Assembly (NCBI RefSeq): GCF_004102945.1
Contig: NZ_CP019384.1
Span: 1,380,001-1,412,000 of the forward strand
Source: Candidatus Velamenicoccus archaeovorus
Lineage (GTDB): Bacteria > Omnitrophota > Gorgyraeia > Velamenicoccales > Velamenicoccaceae
DNA length: 32,000 bases
Direction of reading: 5' to 3'
The notes below the pieces were generated by a model that was not told where the DNA came from, did no database searches, and was given only the letters and a program-made list of their open reading frames with translations. The translations under genes were made by a program, and so were the position numbers. This document shows positions 1 through 8,563 of this stretch, piece after piece (the first letter of the stretch is position 1; the number at the start of each line of letters is the position of its first letter).

Positions 1-1671
1 CTGATCGTCCTGGGCCGTAAAACCAGACAGATAAGGAAAATACGGCGGCGTCTTGCCGTTCAGGACGCGCGGATCATAAACAAAATTGCGGCCGTACCCG
101 TGGATGGGCGTCGTCCCGGAGAACTGGCCGAACGCGCCGTAAAAATCCGTGATGACGCCGCCCAAAAGCGTGGCCGTGCCGCGCGGCGCGCCCGAGTCGT
201 AACTATCCACCGTAAATTCCCCGTGAGGCGCCATGATGATGCCGTGGATCTCGACGTTGTTCGGCGCGCTCGTCCCGATGCGCACATCGCCTCCCCAGGC
301 AATGATGCCCAGCATGTTGTCGGCAGCCGTGCCCGTGTCCGGATTGATCCCGCTCAAAGGACTGGCCGTATATTTCTCATAGCGTACATTGTTGGAAACA
401 ACAATATCCCGTTCGGCCGACACCGTCACGGAAGAATCTTTTTGCACGGTCCCTGAAAATGACGTGATATCGTCCAAGGAATAAATCAATGTCCCTTCGT
501 TGCCGACGCCGTCCGGCAGGCCCGTATACGTCGACGTGCTGCCGCCGACGGTCTGCACCGTGGTCTGGTTAGCCGTGCGGTTGACCGTGATATTTTTCGT
601 CGTCGACCCCTGCGTGATGGTATAGACGGCGTTATCGCTTGCGTCGACGCTCATCGTCACTCCGGCATCCCCCTTGATCAGGATGCCCCCGGTGAGGGCG
701 CCGTCGCTTTCCGGCACATAGATCCCGTCGGAACCTGGATTGGACATCGTTCCCAGGGCCTGGGTTTTGAGATCGTTCTGCGTCACGGTAGAAGGAAGAT
801 TGATCAAACTGTAGCCGCGCGTAAACCCCACATCAAAGATAGGCACGTCCTTCGTGCCATTGGCATCCGCATCCAGCAGGATGGACGCCCCTTCGTTGTA
901 AAACCTGGCCTTGGTTTCATGCTGAGTGACTTCATCCGAGAAATGCCCCGACGGATTATTGGCAAAACTGAAACGTTCGTTCGTCGAGACAGGCCCTGTA
1001 AAATTGGTGTTCTCCGTAAACCAGACGGTCGTGCCCGAAGGCGTGGTGTGGTGGCTTGTGAATAATGCAAATTTGGCAAAGTTGGCCCGAAGGACCGTCA
1101 AGGTAAACTGTCCCTGCCATAAGCGGATGGTTTTTAGCACAGGGGGATTCACGGCCGAAACGGACCCTTGGGAGCTGATCGTATAAAGATAAGGGAAAAT
1201 AAATATATCCTGGGCAGGATTCGTAGGCGCGCCGTTGGACGACACCATGAGCGTCGAGGTATAGTTACCGCTGATCCCCGTGTTAAGATCAGGCGCGGTC
1301 AACGTCAATGTCGCGGTATCGCCGGATACGGAGAATTGCGGCTGCCCCGTCGCGTAGGCAAAATCCTGCAAGAAACCCAAGGAATTATTCCCTGTCACAT
1401 ATGTCGAAAAGGTGGAGGACGTCCAATGCTGGGTATCGTCTTCCACCCTCCCTTTCAAATCCACGCGGATACGCTTTTTAAGCTCTGCCCGTGCCTGCGC
1501 AGCCCCTCCCTCAGCCAAGGCCAGGGATTGCATCGCATATTTCTGGATATCCACCGACGTCTTCTGGGTCAGCGCGCTTGAAAAAAATATGCTCGCCAGG
1601 ACCAAAAGCACGGCCACCCCCATCAGGACAGCGGCCAGCGCAACTCCTTTTTCATTCTTGTATTTTCCCAT
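1..1671 (-). CDS. Large PilX-N/GspK-like pilus-associated protein, C-terminus cut by window edge (>=557 aa)
   Basis: Absent from the ORF track because it runs off the left edge. ATG at 1671-1669 follows an AGAGGGA SD, and the frame stays open to base 1. The N-terminus MGKYKNEKGVALAAVLMGVAVLLVLASIFF is a basic stretch plus hydrophobic helix, as in PilX N-terminal domains. The rest is T/S/N/G-rich. It is the third gene after two prepilin-type genes. Confidence 0.6.
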   Translation of the reverse strand, partial: MGKYKNEKGVALAAVLMGVAVLLVLASIFFSSALTQKTSVDIQKYAMQSLALAEGGAAQARAELKKRIRVDLKGRVEDDTQHWTSSTFSTYVTGNNSLGFLQDFAYATGQPQFSVSGDTATLTLTAPDLNTGISGNYTSTLMVSSNGAPTNPAQDIFIFPYLYTISSQGSVSAVNPPVLKTIRLWQGQFTLTVLRANFAKFALFTSHHTTPSGTTVWFTENTNFTGPVSTNERFSFANNPSGHFSDEVTQHETKARFYNEGASILLDADANGTKDVPIFDVGFTRGYSLINLPSTVTQNDLKTQALGTMSNPGSDGIYVPESDGALTGGILIKGDAGVTMSVDASDNAVYTITQGSTTKNITVNRTANQTTVQTVGGSTSTYTGLPDGVGNEGTLIYSLDDITSFSGTVQKDSSVTVSAERDIVVSNNVRYEKYTASPLSGINPDTGTAADNMLGIIAWGGDVRIGTSAPNNVEIHGIIMAPHGEFTVDSYDSGAPRGTATLLGGVITDFYGAFGQFSGTTPIHGYGRNFVYDPRVLNGKTPPYFPYLSGFTAQDDQ

Positions 1672-1697
1672 AATCTTTCCCTCTTTCATCTTTCCTT

Positions 1698-2315
1698 CTA
1701 AAACTCGCCTTCGGCCGGCTCCTCAACCGTTGTGCCGGCTGAAACCGTCATGTTCAAATTGCGCAGCGTTATTCGGGATTCCCAATCAAAACCGGCCTCT
1801 CGCCTGGTTTCTATTTCCATCAAGACGCGCGGGCAGGCATCGGTCACCGCGGCGCACCCCGAACAGCCGCAATCGACAAAAAAGTTTTCTACGGACGTTG
1901 CCGCCACGGTTTCGGCGGCCGTCCCTTCCTTCATCAAGAGGCGCGACGCATTGGCAGGATCGAGCTTAAAGGTGACCTTCTGCAAAGACGTCACGATGCC
2001 GGAGGCGTTAAAGATGGGACGGTAAAAATCAATGCGCGTGTTATTGGTGATCGACACCGGATAATGCGTGCCGTTGATCACCCAGTCGGGGTTCGCCTCC
2101 CTGACCAGCCCCGACAACTTGTCGCCTGCCCGCCGGGCCTCCCGGCTCTCGATGATCTTGCCCCTGCCGATCTCCCAATCCCTGTCGGCATTCCTCAAAA
2201 TGAGAGCGAACATGGAAAACATGATAAGAAAAATACAAAAAACCACGACCAGCTCGATCAGCGTATGGCCGCGACGGTGCTTTAAAATCTGAAAAAAGAC
2301 TTTACTTCGCAACAA
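1698..2315 (-). CDS. Prepilin-type N-terminal cleavage/methylation domain protein (GspJ/PilW-like pseudopilin)
   Basis: The N-terminus has KHRRG|HTLIELVVVFCIFLIMF: Gly, then a hydrophobic helix with Glu at +5. Its start overlaps the upstream pseudopilin gene by 14 nt. Confidence 0.7.
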   Translation of the reverse strand: MLRSKVFFQILKHRRGHTLIELVVVFCIFLIMFSMFALILRNADRDWEIGRGKIIESREARRAGDKLSGLVREANPDWVINGTHYPVSITNNTRIDFYRPIFNASGIVTSLQKVTFKLDPANASRLLMKEGTAAETVAATSVENFFVDCGCSGCAAVTDACPRVLMEIETRREAGFDWESRITLRNLNMTVSAGTTVEEPAEGEF

Positions 2316-2790
2316 GACTCACCACCTCTGCGGACGAATCGAGACGGCTGTTGTTGTTGACGTCCTCACCGACATCCAGAGCCCCGTTGAAATTCCTATC
2401 TTCCCCGACAGTCCTGTTGAGCCGCGTCGCATAAGACGCGACAAGACGCACCTTTGTCAGCGTTGCCGGATACCCGGAAAAACTGGTGGTCACCTCCACG
2501 CGCCCGCGGCTGGACCGATTGGCTGGAAACCCGTAATCGGTCAAATTAAAAGGGCCTGCGGCCGCAGGAATGCTGTCAAAATCCATCGCCCTGATCTCTT
2601 CAAGCCTGGCCAGGAGGCTGTTGCTGGCCAAGGCATGGTCCCGCTGCATGTCCGTCAGGACGAACATGCTGACATACGTCAACAGCAGACCCGACAACGT
2701 CACGGCAAGGATCGCCAACGCCAAGACGACCTCTATCAGAGTGAACCCTGCCGGATAACGGCGCGACGCCTCTGTTTTCTTCCGAGACAT
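2302..2790 (-). CDS. Prepilin-type N-terminal cleavage/methylation domain protein (GspI/PilV-like pseudopilin)
   Basis: Track ORF 2302-2979 trimmed to the internal ATG at 2790. This gives MSRKKTEASRRYPAG|FTLIEVVLALAILAV, a canonical G|FTLIE prepilin motif. The upstream 63 codons are G/R/S-rich junk. Confidence 0.75.
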   Translation of the reverse strand: MSRKKTEASRRYPAGFTLIEVVLALAILAVTLSGLLLTYVSMFVLTDMQRDHALASNSLLARLEEIRAMDFDSIPAAAGPFNLTDYGFPANRSSRGRVEVTTSFSGYPATLTKVRLVASYATRLNRTVGEDRNFNGALDVGEDVNNNSRLDSSAEVVSLVAK

Positions 2791-2985
2791 CGGCAAAAAG
2801 CACAAAAAACTTGAAACAGAACCCGGAACCCGAAGCTTCTTCTCCGGGGAAGAAAGCCTTTTCTCCCGTCCTGCACCGACGCAAGAGACCGCGGCTGCTC
2901 CCCCGCGCTCATCGCCGCCGCGCCCCTCCAGTCCCGATCCCGGAGAGTCCGCCCTATCGAAAAAATCTTTTCTCTCCATATATAA

Positions 2986-3014
2986 ATTATATAATTTTTG
3001 CCGTTGTGTTACAA
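2986..3014 (-). promoter_or_regulatory. Candidate sigma70-type promoter for the pseudopilin operon
   Basis: Minus strand reads TTGTAA (3014-3009), a 17-nt spacer, then TATAAT (2991-2986). It lies about 195 nt upstream of the ATG at 2790, implying a long leader. Confidence 0.4.
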
Positions 3015-3189
3015 TGCCAATCGCCCGCAGGCCCCGCTTCTCGAATAATCTCCATAAGAAGACCCGGGATCCCGGCGGGCCTCCGCAAAAAACTGCGCAT
3101 TCTCATACAAGCCTCATCCCCCCTGCCAGTCTCCTGGAACCCCACGGAGGATTCCCTCCCAAAGACAACCGCATTTCCGCCACTACAAC

Positions 3190-4209
3190 TTAGGCGGACC
3201 CGCCGATCTTTAGCGGCGGGCATCTCCGGCCCTGGCCTTGCCCTGCCGAAGGCGGGGCAGGCCGCCGAGACCGGGGAATTCCGGCCGGGGGATTAAAATC
3301 TAAAAAGCAGAAAAACCTGTCGGAAAAATTCACTTCGAGGATGGAGCGGCCGTTGAGACAAACCGTAAAACTGCGCCCGTTGAAGGAAATCCTGTTCCCT
3401 GCCTCGATGGTCCGCATGATCCTGAGGACTTTTTCATCTTCCGGCCCCAGGGCCCCTGTTTCCAGCAAGAGCGGAGTAACACAATTTACGGCCGCGTATC
3501 GGATCGTGCCGCGGCGCATGGAGACAGAAAACCTGACGTAATTCCCTGACCGGAAAACAAGAACAGGCGCTGCCAGACCGGACATGAGTTTTTGCGCAAG
3601 GCCTGGCCGATAAGACTCATAGAAGGAAAGAACCTTATCTGCCAGCTCTATGGAAGAAGGACAGTCTAAACGACAGGGCCAGTGAAATATCAAGGGGTGG
3701 CCGGCGTAACGGTTCAGGCGTGCGTCCGGCTGCCAATAAAGCCGGCTTGCATAAGAAGAAGACGGGAACCGCCCAAGATAGTCTTCGACATCGCAAATGA
3801 AAGACCAGGGATTACCCTGGGCCCTGAACCTCGCGACACAACACGACGGGTATCCCAGGAGGCGGCCGTACTCACGGACATGCCGGCGCCGCCGAAACAC
3901 TCCGTCGTGAATATCGAACAACCTTTCGACGTCTTGACGCCTGCGGGAAAAAATGATCTTAACATTCTTCCCAAGCCGGAGCACCCGATAATACAAAAAT
4001 AGGCGCTTCAAAAGAACCGCCAGGTTCCTGATCGCCGTCATATCCGTCTGCGGCAAACCGTCAAAAGTCCCCGAAGGTTTCAATCCGCCGTAGACTTGCA
4101 AAATAAAAAGCTTGTGGCTGTCCGGCAACGGGACCGTTGCGGCGATGCGGCGGAAATCTTCGGCTATGCGCCTCTCCTCCTGCGAAGGGGAAAAATCTCT
4201 CCTGGACAT
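3190..4209 (-). CDS. Hypothetical protein with conserved-looking Cys motifs (LLGYPSCCV ... HWPCRLDCPSS)
   Basis: 339-aa ORF with no competing ORF. The GYPxCC plus PC..C pattern recalls what I remember of DUF483-type proteins, but this is unverified. There is no obvious SD. The C-terminal 35 aa are P/G/R-rich. Confidence 0.55.
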   Translation of the reverse strand: MSRRDFSPSQEERRIAEDFRRIAATVPLPDSHKLFILQVYGGLKPSGTFDGLPQTDMTAIRNLAVLLKRLFLYYRVLRLGKNVKIIFSRRRQDVERLFDIHDGVFRRRRHVREYGRLLGYPSCCVARFRAQGNPWSFICDVEDYLGRFPSSSYASRLYWQPDARLNRYAGHPLIFHWPCRLDCPSSIELADKVLSFYESYRPGLAQKLMSGLAAPVLVFRSGNYVRFSVSMRRGTIRYAAVNCVTPLLLETGALGPEDEKVLRIMRTIEAGNRISFNGRSFTVCLNGRSILEVNFSDRFFCFLDFNPPAGIPRSRRPAPPSAGQGQGRRCPPLKIGGSA

Positions 4210-4307
4210 GGATTTTCAAAACAGAAAAGGCCGCCCTTGGAAGAGGACGGCCCTTCTGCCGCTTACGGCATCTGTCGCTTCAAAACAAAAAGCCGCGGCC
4301 ACAGCCT

Positions 4308-4553
4308 TCATTTTATGAGTTTATTGTAAAGCCAGGCAAACAGCAGACCGCCGATCAAGGCGTCAAAAAATGCCCATAGGGCGCCCACCAAACTCCCCAG
4401 GATCGTCGGATTATAACCGACATAGGCCCCGGAAAGAAGGGCCACAAACCCCACGGCCCAGCCGGTCAGCATACAAAGGATCGCTATCAGAAAAACCCCA
4501 ACGGCCCAGACGATGCCCGCCGCTAACCCGAAAGCTTTCACATTAAGCTTCAT
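4308..4553 (-). CDS. Small integral membrane protein (81 aa, ~3 TM)
   Basis: Strong SD (AAAGGAGA) 7 nt upstream of the ATG. The sequence is wholly hydrophobic/Gly-rich (GWAVGFVALLSGAYVGYNP...WAFFDALIGGLLFAWLY). Confidence 0.65.
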   Translation of the reverse strand: MKLNVKAFGLAAGIVWAVGVFLIAILCMLTGWAVGFVALLSGAYVGYNPTILGSLVGALWAFFDALIGGLLFAWLYNKLIK

Positions 4554-4589
4554 GGCATTTCTCCTTTTGGTCTATGCAACCGGCCCAGG

Positions 4590-4976
4590 TTATGCGTCTT
4601 TCCCCTTGATCAACAGATAGAACAACACCGCCAGAAGCACCGTCTGAAATTCAATGCCGCCCATCGGATGGGATGATGAAGGCAAAAAACTCCATTGTCC
4701 CCAATGGATCATGTAGATAGCGGCCGCCATCACGGGAATAATGAGGAGACTCCCCACGCGCGTCGTCCACCCCCGGTCGTTGACGCAACCGCCGATAAGG
4801 ATCAAAACCGATCCCATGGTTTCGCATACGGGAACAGCCAGGGCGATAAGCCATGGGAGCTTCATCATAGAAGCAAATATGGAGATAGTCGGGAATTTGG
4901 TCAAACCGTGAAACAGAAAAACAGCGGCAATGGCCAACCGCAAAAACCAATGGGCCTGTTTCTTGACCATTTCCAT
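4590..4976 (-). CDS. DoxX family membrane protein
   Basis: 128 aa. FLRLAIAAVFLFHGLTKF is a typical DoxX N-terminal signature, and there are 4 hydrophobic segments. An AAGGAGG SD is present. Confidence 0.8.
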   Translation of the reverse strand: MEMVKKQAHWFLRLAIAAVFLFHGLTKFPTISIFASMMKLPWLIALAVPVCETMGSVLILIGGCVNDRGWTTRVGSLLIIPVMAAAIYMIHWGQWSFLPSSSHPMGGIEFQTVLLAVLFYLLIKGKDA

Positions 4977-5443
4977 AAAACCTCCTTAATTCCGCCTCTG
5001 GCGGATTAACCCCTGCCTGCCCGCCGGGCAGGCGAGCCTGCGCCAGTCCATTTCATGAACGCCTCTGGCGTTTGTGAGTGAAATGGACAAGCGCCCGCCA
5101 CCACTGCGTCGGCGGGCGTCCGCCGAAGAACTAGTGGCGGACGTTTTGGCCAGGGGTCTTTCTTTTAAAAATCCTTCCGCCTCCGGCAAAATTAGGCCCT
5201 TCGCTTATTTGGTATTGCGAAGGCCTACCCTTTCTGGGTTAGACCCTCCGCTATGTGGTTACCCGACTCTATCGGATGAGTCGGTATGCCGCTTTCTGCG
5301 GCATGCGGAGACCTACCCTTTCTGGGTTAGGTCCTCCTCTATGTGGAATGCGGAGACCTACCCTTTCTGGGTTAGGTCCTCCTCTATGTGGAATGCGGAG
5401 ACCTACCCTTTCTGGGTTAAGCCCTATACCGAAGCGCTCCTCC
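4977..5443. repeat. REP/BIME-like array of nested imperfect palindromes, including a 45-bp unit repeated 2.6x in tandem (5305-5420)
   Basis: Units 5305-5349 and 5350-5394 are identical (gcggagacctaccctttctgggttaggtcctcctctatgtggaat), with a partial third copy to 5420. Longer variants lie at 5190-5304. Additional hairpins lie at 4986-5009, 5014-5030, 5048-5089, 5092-5117 and 5119-5143. Confidence 0.85.
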
Positions 5444-5830
5444 TTACAAATACGTCAGGATCTTGTCGAGCACCTTGCGCGAAGCATCTTTGTCGCCGGG
5501 CACGCCGACACGGATGTCCAGGCGCGACTCCGTCGTCGACACAGGACGGATGTCGATCCAGAAGGATCTTCCGTCCGTATAATCTCCCACGAACTGGACG
5601 ACATCCTCCTTGACGGTTTCCTTGGTGACCAACAGTCTCATCGCGGCCAGGGCGGACTTGGTCGCCTTCTGAGTCTTCGCGAACGAAGCATTGACCTGCT
5701 GGGTAAGCTTGCCGCCGAGCCATGTGGCTGTCCCGGCCCCTCCTGCGGCTCCGGCAACGACAGCCACGCATCCGGCCAGATGTGCCGAAACCACGCCGAC
5801 GATCAACATCCCCCATATCCTCTTAAACAT
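5444..5830 (-). CDS. Lipoprotein, DUF3568-like
   Basis: Track ORF trimmed to the ATG at 5830, directly after an AAGGAG SD. MFKRIWGMLIVGVVSAHLAGC carries a lipobox (LAGC). A Gly/Ala-rich linker is followed by a small domain. Confidence 0.7.
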   Translation of the reverse strand: MFKRIWGMLIVGVVSAHLAGCVAVVAGAAGGAGTATWLGGKLTQQVNASFAKTQKATKSALAAMRLLVTKETVKEDVVQFVGDYTDGRSFWIDIRPVSTTESRLDIRVGVPGDKDASRKVLDKILTYL

Positions 5831-5869
5831 AAAAACTCCTTTCTTAAGACGGCACAAAGAGAAAACGGC

Positions 5870-6844
5870 CTAAAACCAGTTTTTGCGTTTGAAATACGCC
5901 ACCATCGAGATACCGACGAGGGCCATGAAGCCCAAAACGCTGTAATACCCCAGAGGATGGTTCAGCTCCGGCATATGCTTGAAATTCATGCCGTAGATGC
6001 TGGCGATCAAGGTCAGAGGCATCATGATGGTCGCGATCACCGTCAGCGTCTTCATGATCTCGTTGAGACGGTTGGAGACGACCGACACATAGGCTTCCAT
6101 CGCGCCCGCAATGACCTCGCGCGACGTGCCCACGATATCATTGAGACGGATAAGGTTGTCGTAGATGTTGCGGAAATAAACGGAATTGGACGGCGATATC
6201 CATTCGAAATCGCCCCGCTGGAGCAGGCTGATGACATCGGCTTGCGGGCCGATCGTGCGGCGCAACGATATGACGTCGTTCTTGAGATGATAAATCTTCT
6301 TGAGCGTCTCCTGGGTCGGGTCGCGGAAAAGCTCGTCGCTCATCTCATCCACCAAGTTGTCGAAATCATTGATCACAGGAAAATAGCTATCCACGCAAGA
6401 ATCAAGGATCGAATACAACAGCATGTCCGCGCCCTGCAGAAGGATCGGGGATTGTTTCCTGATACGGTCTTTGCAGACGGACAAAGACGGAACGGGCTGC
6501 ATATGGCAGGTGATGAGATAGTTCTTGCCGAGACAGCAATCCAGCTCCAGAGTCTTGACCTTGCCGTGCAAGCCCGCATCATGGGACTCAAGGGCGAACA
6601 TGACGAGAAACATATAGTCTGCGAATTTCTCGACCTTGGTCCGCGCGCTCGGCATAATCAGGTCTTCGACGGTCAAAGGGTGCAGATTAAAAACGGAAGT
6701 CAACAGGTCCACGTCCGCGTCGTCGAGGTCCATCAGATCCAGCCACAAAAGCGTCCGGCTGTCCTTGATAACTTCTGCCACTCCTTCAGCCGTCAAGTCC
6801 GTCTGCAGCCCTTTGTCCGGATGATAAGCAAAGACTTCGAACAT
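5870..6844 (-). CDS. corA: Magnesium/cobalt transporter CorA
   Basis: 324 aa. The C-terminal YGMNFKHMPEL contains the GMN signature between two TM helices, and the length is typical. Confidence 0.9.
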   Translation of the reverse strand: MFEVFAYHPDKGLQTDLTAEGVAEVIKDSRTLLWLDLMDLDDADVDLLTSVFNLHPLTVEDLIMPSARTKVEKFADYMFLVMFALESHDAGLHGKVKTLELDCCLGKNYLITCHMQPVPSLSVCKDRIRKQSPILLQGADMLLYSILDSCVDSYFPVINDFDNLVDEMSDELFRDPTQETLKKIYHLKNDVISLRRTIGPQADVISLLQRGDFEWISPSNSVYFRNIYDNLIRLNDIVGTSREVIAGAMEAYVSVVSNRLNEIMKTLTVIATIMMPLTLIASIYGMNFKHMPELNHPLGYYSVLGFMALVGISMVAYFKRKNWF

Positions 6845-6877
6845 ATCGACCTCTCGCGGGGGTTGTGATTCTTTTTT

Positions 6878-6906
6878 AGTCTAATCTCAAAGATAATGGG
6901 AGTCAA
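6878..6906 (-). promoter_or_regulatory. Candidate promoter for corA
   Basis: Minus strand reads TTGACT (6906-6901), a 17-nt spacer, then TAGACT (6883-6878), about 35 nt upstream of the corA ATG. Confidence 0.35.
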
Positions 6907-6989
6907 GCGATATCACGGAACGATGGAAAAAATTTGTGCGCGAGAAACTGCTGTGCGCCGTTACACAAAGACAAGCCCGTCTTTCATCT

Positions 6990-7949
6990 TTATAACACAA
7001 CGCCCTGGAGGAAATTAAACAGATAACCCGTAACGATGATCGCGATGGTGGTCAGGCCGAAAAAGACAAGGATGAGATGAAGCCGCATGGCCCGTCTGAG
7101 CATGACGGCCTCCGGCAGACTTAAAGCCGCGATGGCCATCATAAAAGCCAATGCCGTCCCCAGGGGAATGCCTTTCTGGAAAAGGACGATGGCAACCGGC
7201 ACGATCGCCGCACAACTGCCGTACATGGGCACGCCCAGGAGGGTCGCGACGGGGACGGAAAAAAATCCCGTCCGGGCCATGATCGAATGGACCGCCTCCT
7301 GGGGCACATAATTATGGATCAAGGCCCCCAGCGCCACTCCCGCCAACACCCACAACCAGATCTTGTGGACAATGGTCGACGATTCCCGCCAGCCGTAGGC
7401 CAGCCTATCCCTGAAGACAATACAGGGAGGATCTTCGGCGCATTCGGCGCGGCGCCTGGCCAGGTCGCTGACGAGGTATTTTTCAAGGCCCATCCTCCCA
7501 AGAATGAAACCCGTGACTGTGCCGATGGCCAACCCACTGGCCACATAGAGCAGCGTTATCTTCCAACCGAAAAAGCCCAGCATCAACACGACCAGATATT
7601 CGTTGACCAGAGGCGAGGTGATCAAAAATGAAAGGGCGACTCCGAGAGGCAGGCCCGCCTCCATAAAACCCAAAAACAACGGGATGGAAGAACACGAGCA
7701 AAACGGCGTCACCGCACCGAAGAGCGCGGCAAAAAAATGCCCCCCTATGCCCTCTCTGTCCATCCAGCGGCGGATCTTTTTCTGCGGCAGATATGTCCTC
7801 AGGACGCCGACGACAAAAATCAGGAAAAAAAGAAGGATCAGGATCTTTGCGGCATCATACACAAAGAAGTGCGCCGCGCCTCCCAGGCGCGTCGCCGGAT
7901 CCAACCCCAGGATCCCGTAAACCACGACATCCACCAGCTTCAGCAGCAC
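6990..7949 (-). CDS. Permease of the DUF318/ArsP-like family
   Basis: 319 aa and polytopic. It contains [13 protein letters not shown], the TPFCSCS motif characteristic of ArsP-type organoarsenical/metalloid permeases. It sits downstream of ArsR. Confidence 0.8.
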   Translation of the reverse strand: MLLKLVDVVVYGILGLDPATRLGGAAHFFVYDAAKILILLFFLIFVVGVLRTYLPQKKIRRWMDREGIGGHFFAALFGAVTPFCSCSSIPLFLGFMEAGLPLGVALSFLITSPLVNEYLVVLMLGFFGWKITLLYVASGLAIGTVTGFILGRMGLEKYLVSDLARRRAECAEDPPCIVFRDRLAYGWRESSTIVHKIWLWVLAGVALGALIHNYVPQEAVHSIMARTGFFSVPVATLLGVPMYGSCAAIVPVAIVLFQKGIPLGTALAFMMAIAALSLPEAVMLRRAMRLHLILVFFGLTTIAIIVTGYLFNFLQGVVL

Positions 7950-8089
7950 GATGGGCCTTTCTTAGCGTCGCCCTTGCGGCAGCAGCAGCCGGCCCGGGCC
8001 TTTTGCTGGAGTTTATTGTCCATGGCCTCGAACCATCGCGACCAGAATCCTTTCTTTTTTGCCTCGGGCTGTTTATTTTTTTCTTCCAT
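7940..8089 (-). CDS. 49-aa Lys-rich peptide with C-terminal CCC...CC cluster
   Basis: Track ORF trimmed to the ATG at 8089, which follows a GGAAGGAGAGG SD. Sequence: [49 protein letters not shown]. It overlaps the arsR stop region and the permease start, suggesting translational coupling. Confidence 0.55.
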   Translation of the reverse strand: MEEKNKQPEAKKKGFWSRWFEAMDNKLQQKARAGCCCRKGDAKKGPSCC

Positions 8090-8444
8090 AACGCCTCTCC
8101 TTCCTCTTGCAACGGCACAACTCCGTACGGTTGACATGTTTTATTTTCCCGGCGTCCCGGACAATGTCGGTATCGTCATCCAGCCTGCCCTGGAGATCCT
8201 TCAACAGTCTCCCGGCATACCCGTCCGCCTTCCTCAAATGATAGTTCGTCCAAAAACCATCCTGCGCGCTCGCCACCAAGCCCGCCGCGCCGAGTTTCTT
8301 CAAATGCCTGGAAACGGCCGGCTGGGTCACGCCGAGGATATAGGCCAGCTCGCAGACGCACATGGGGCGCCTCTGCAACAGCTTGATGATCCGGATGCGG
8401 TTTTTGTCGGCCAGGGCCTTGAACATCTTCTCCAGGTCTTTCAT
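8073..8444 (-). CDS. ArsR/SmtB family metalloregulator
   Basis: ALADKNRIRIIKLLQRRPMCVCELAYILGVTQPAVSRHLKKL is a winged HTH with a CVC metal-sensing motif. Confidence 0.9.
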   Translation of the reverse strand: MKDLEKMFKALADKNRIRIIKLLQRRPMCVCELAYILGVTQPAVSRHLKKLGAAGLVASAQDGFWTNYHLRKADGYAGRLLKDLQGRLDDDTDIVRDAGKIKHVNRTELCRCKRKERRYGRKK

Positions 8445-8473
8445 GGGGTCCCCATAAATTGCATAACCATTTT

Positions 8474-8489
8474 GTTATATAATTATAAC
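8474..8489. promoter_or_regulatory. Inverted repeat GTTATA-N4-TATAAC, candidate ArsR operator/promoter
   Basis: AT-rich dyad 30 nt upstream of the arsR ATG, in the divergent intergenic region. It overlaps TATAAT-like hexamers. Confidence 0.35.
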
Positions 8490-8563
8490 ACGCCCGCGCC
8501 GGCCGTCAAGGATAAAAAAAGACACGGCGCATCCGGCTTCCTCCCCTGGACGGAAAAACAGTA

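Noticed and set aside
2791-2979. N-terminal extensions of track ORFs. This one is the clearest; others are 13488-13631, 18784-19020, 19029-19310, 8657-8839, 5831-5857 and 8090-8137.
   Set aside because: In each case an internal ATG with a good SD yields a canonical prepilin motif, signal peptide, lipobox or family-typical N-terminus. The upstream extension is G/R/P-rich or runs through repeat elements.
5305-5420. Possible CRISPR array (regular 45-bp periodicity)
   Set aside because: The repeats are directly abutting with no unique spacers and only 2.6 copies. No cas genes are present, and the unit is the same REP-like palindrome dispersed elsewhere.
5255-6868. 537-aa plus-strand ORF, the longest in this part of the track
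   Set aside because: It is antisense to corA (GMN motif, clean domain structure) and to the DUF3568-like lipoprotein gene. Its N-terminus is a translation of the 45-bp tandem repeats (repeated MRRPTLSGLGPPLCG). The rest is R/H/D/G-rich low-complexity sequence typical of antisense frames in GC-rich DNA.
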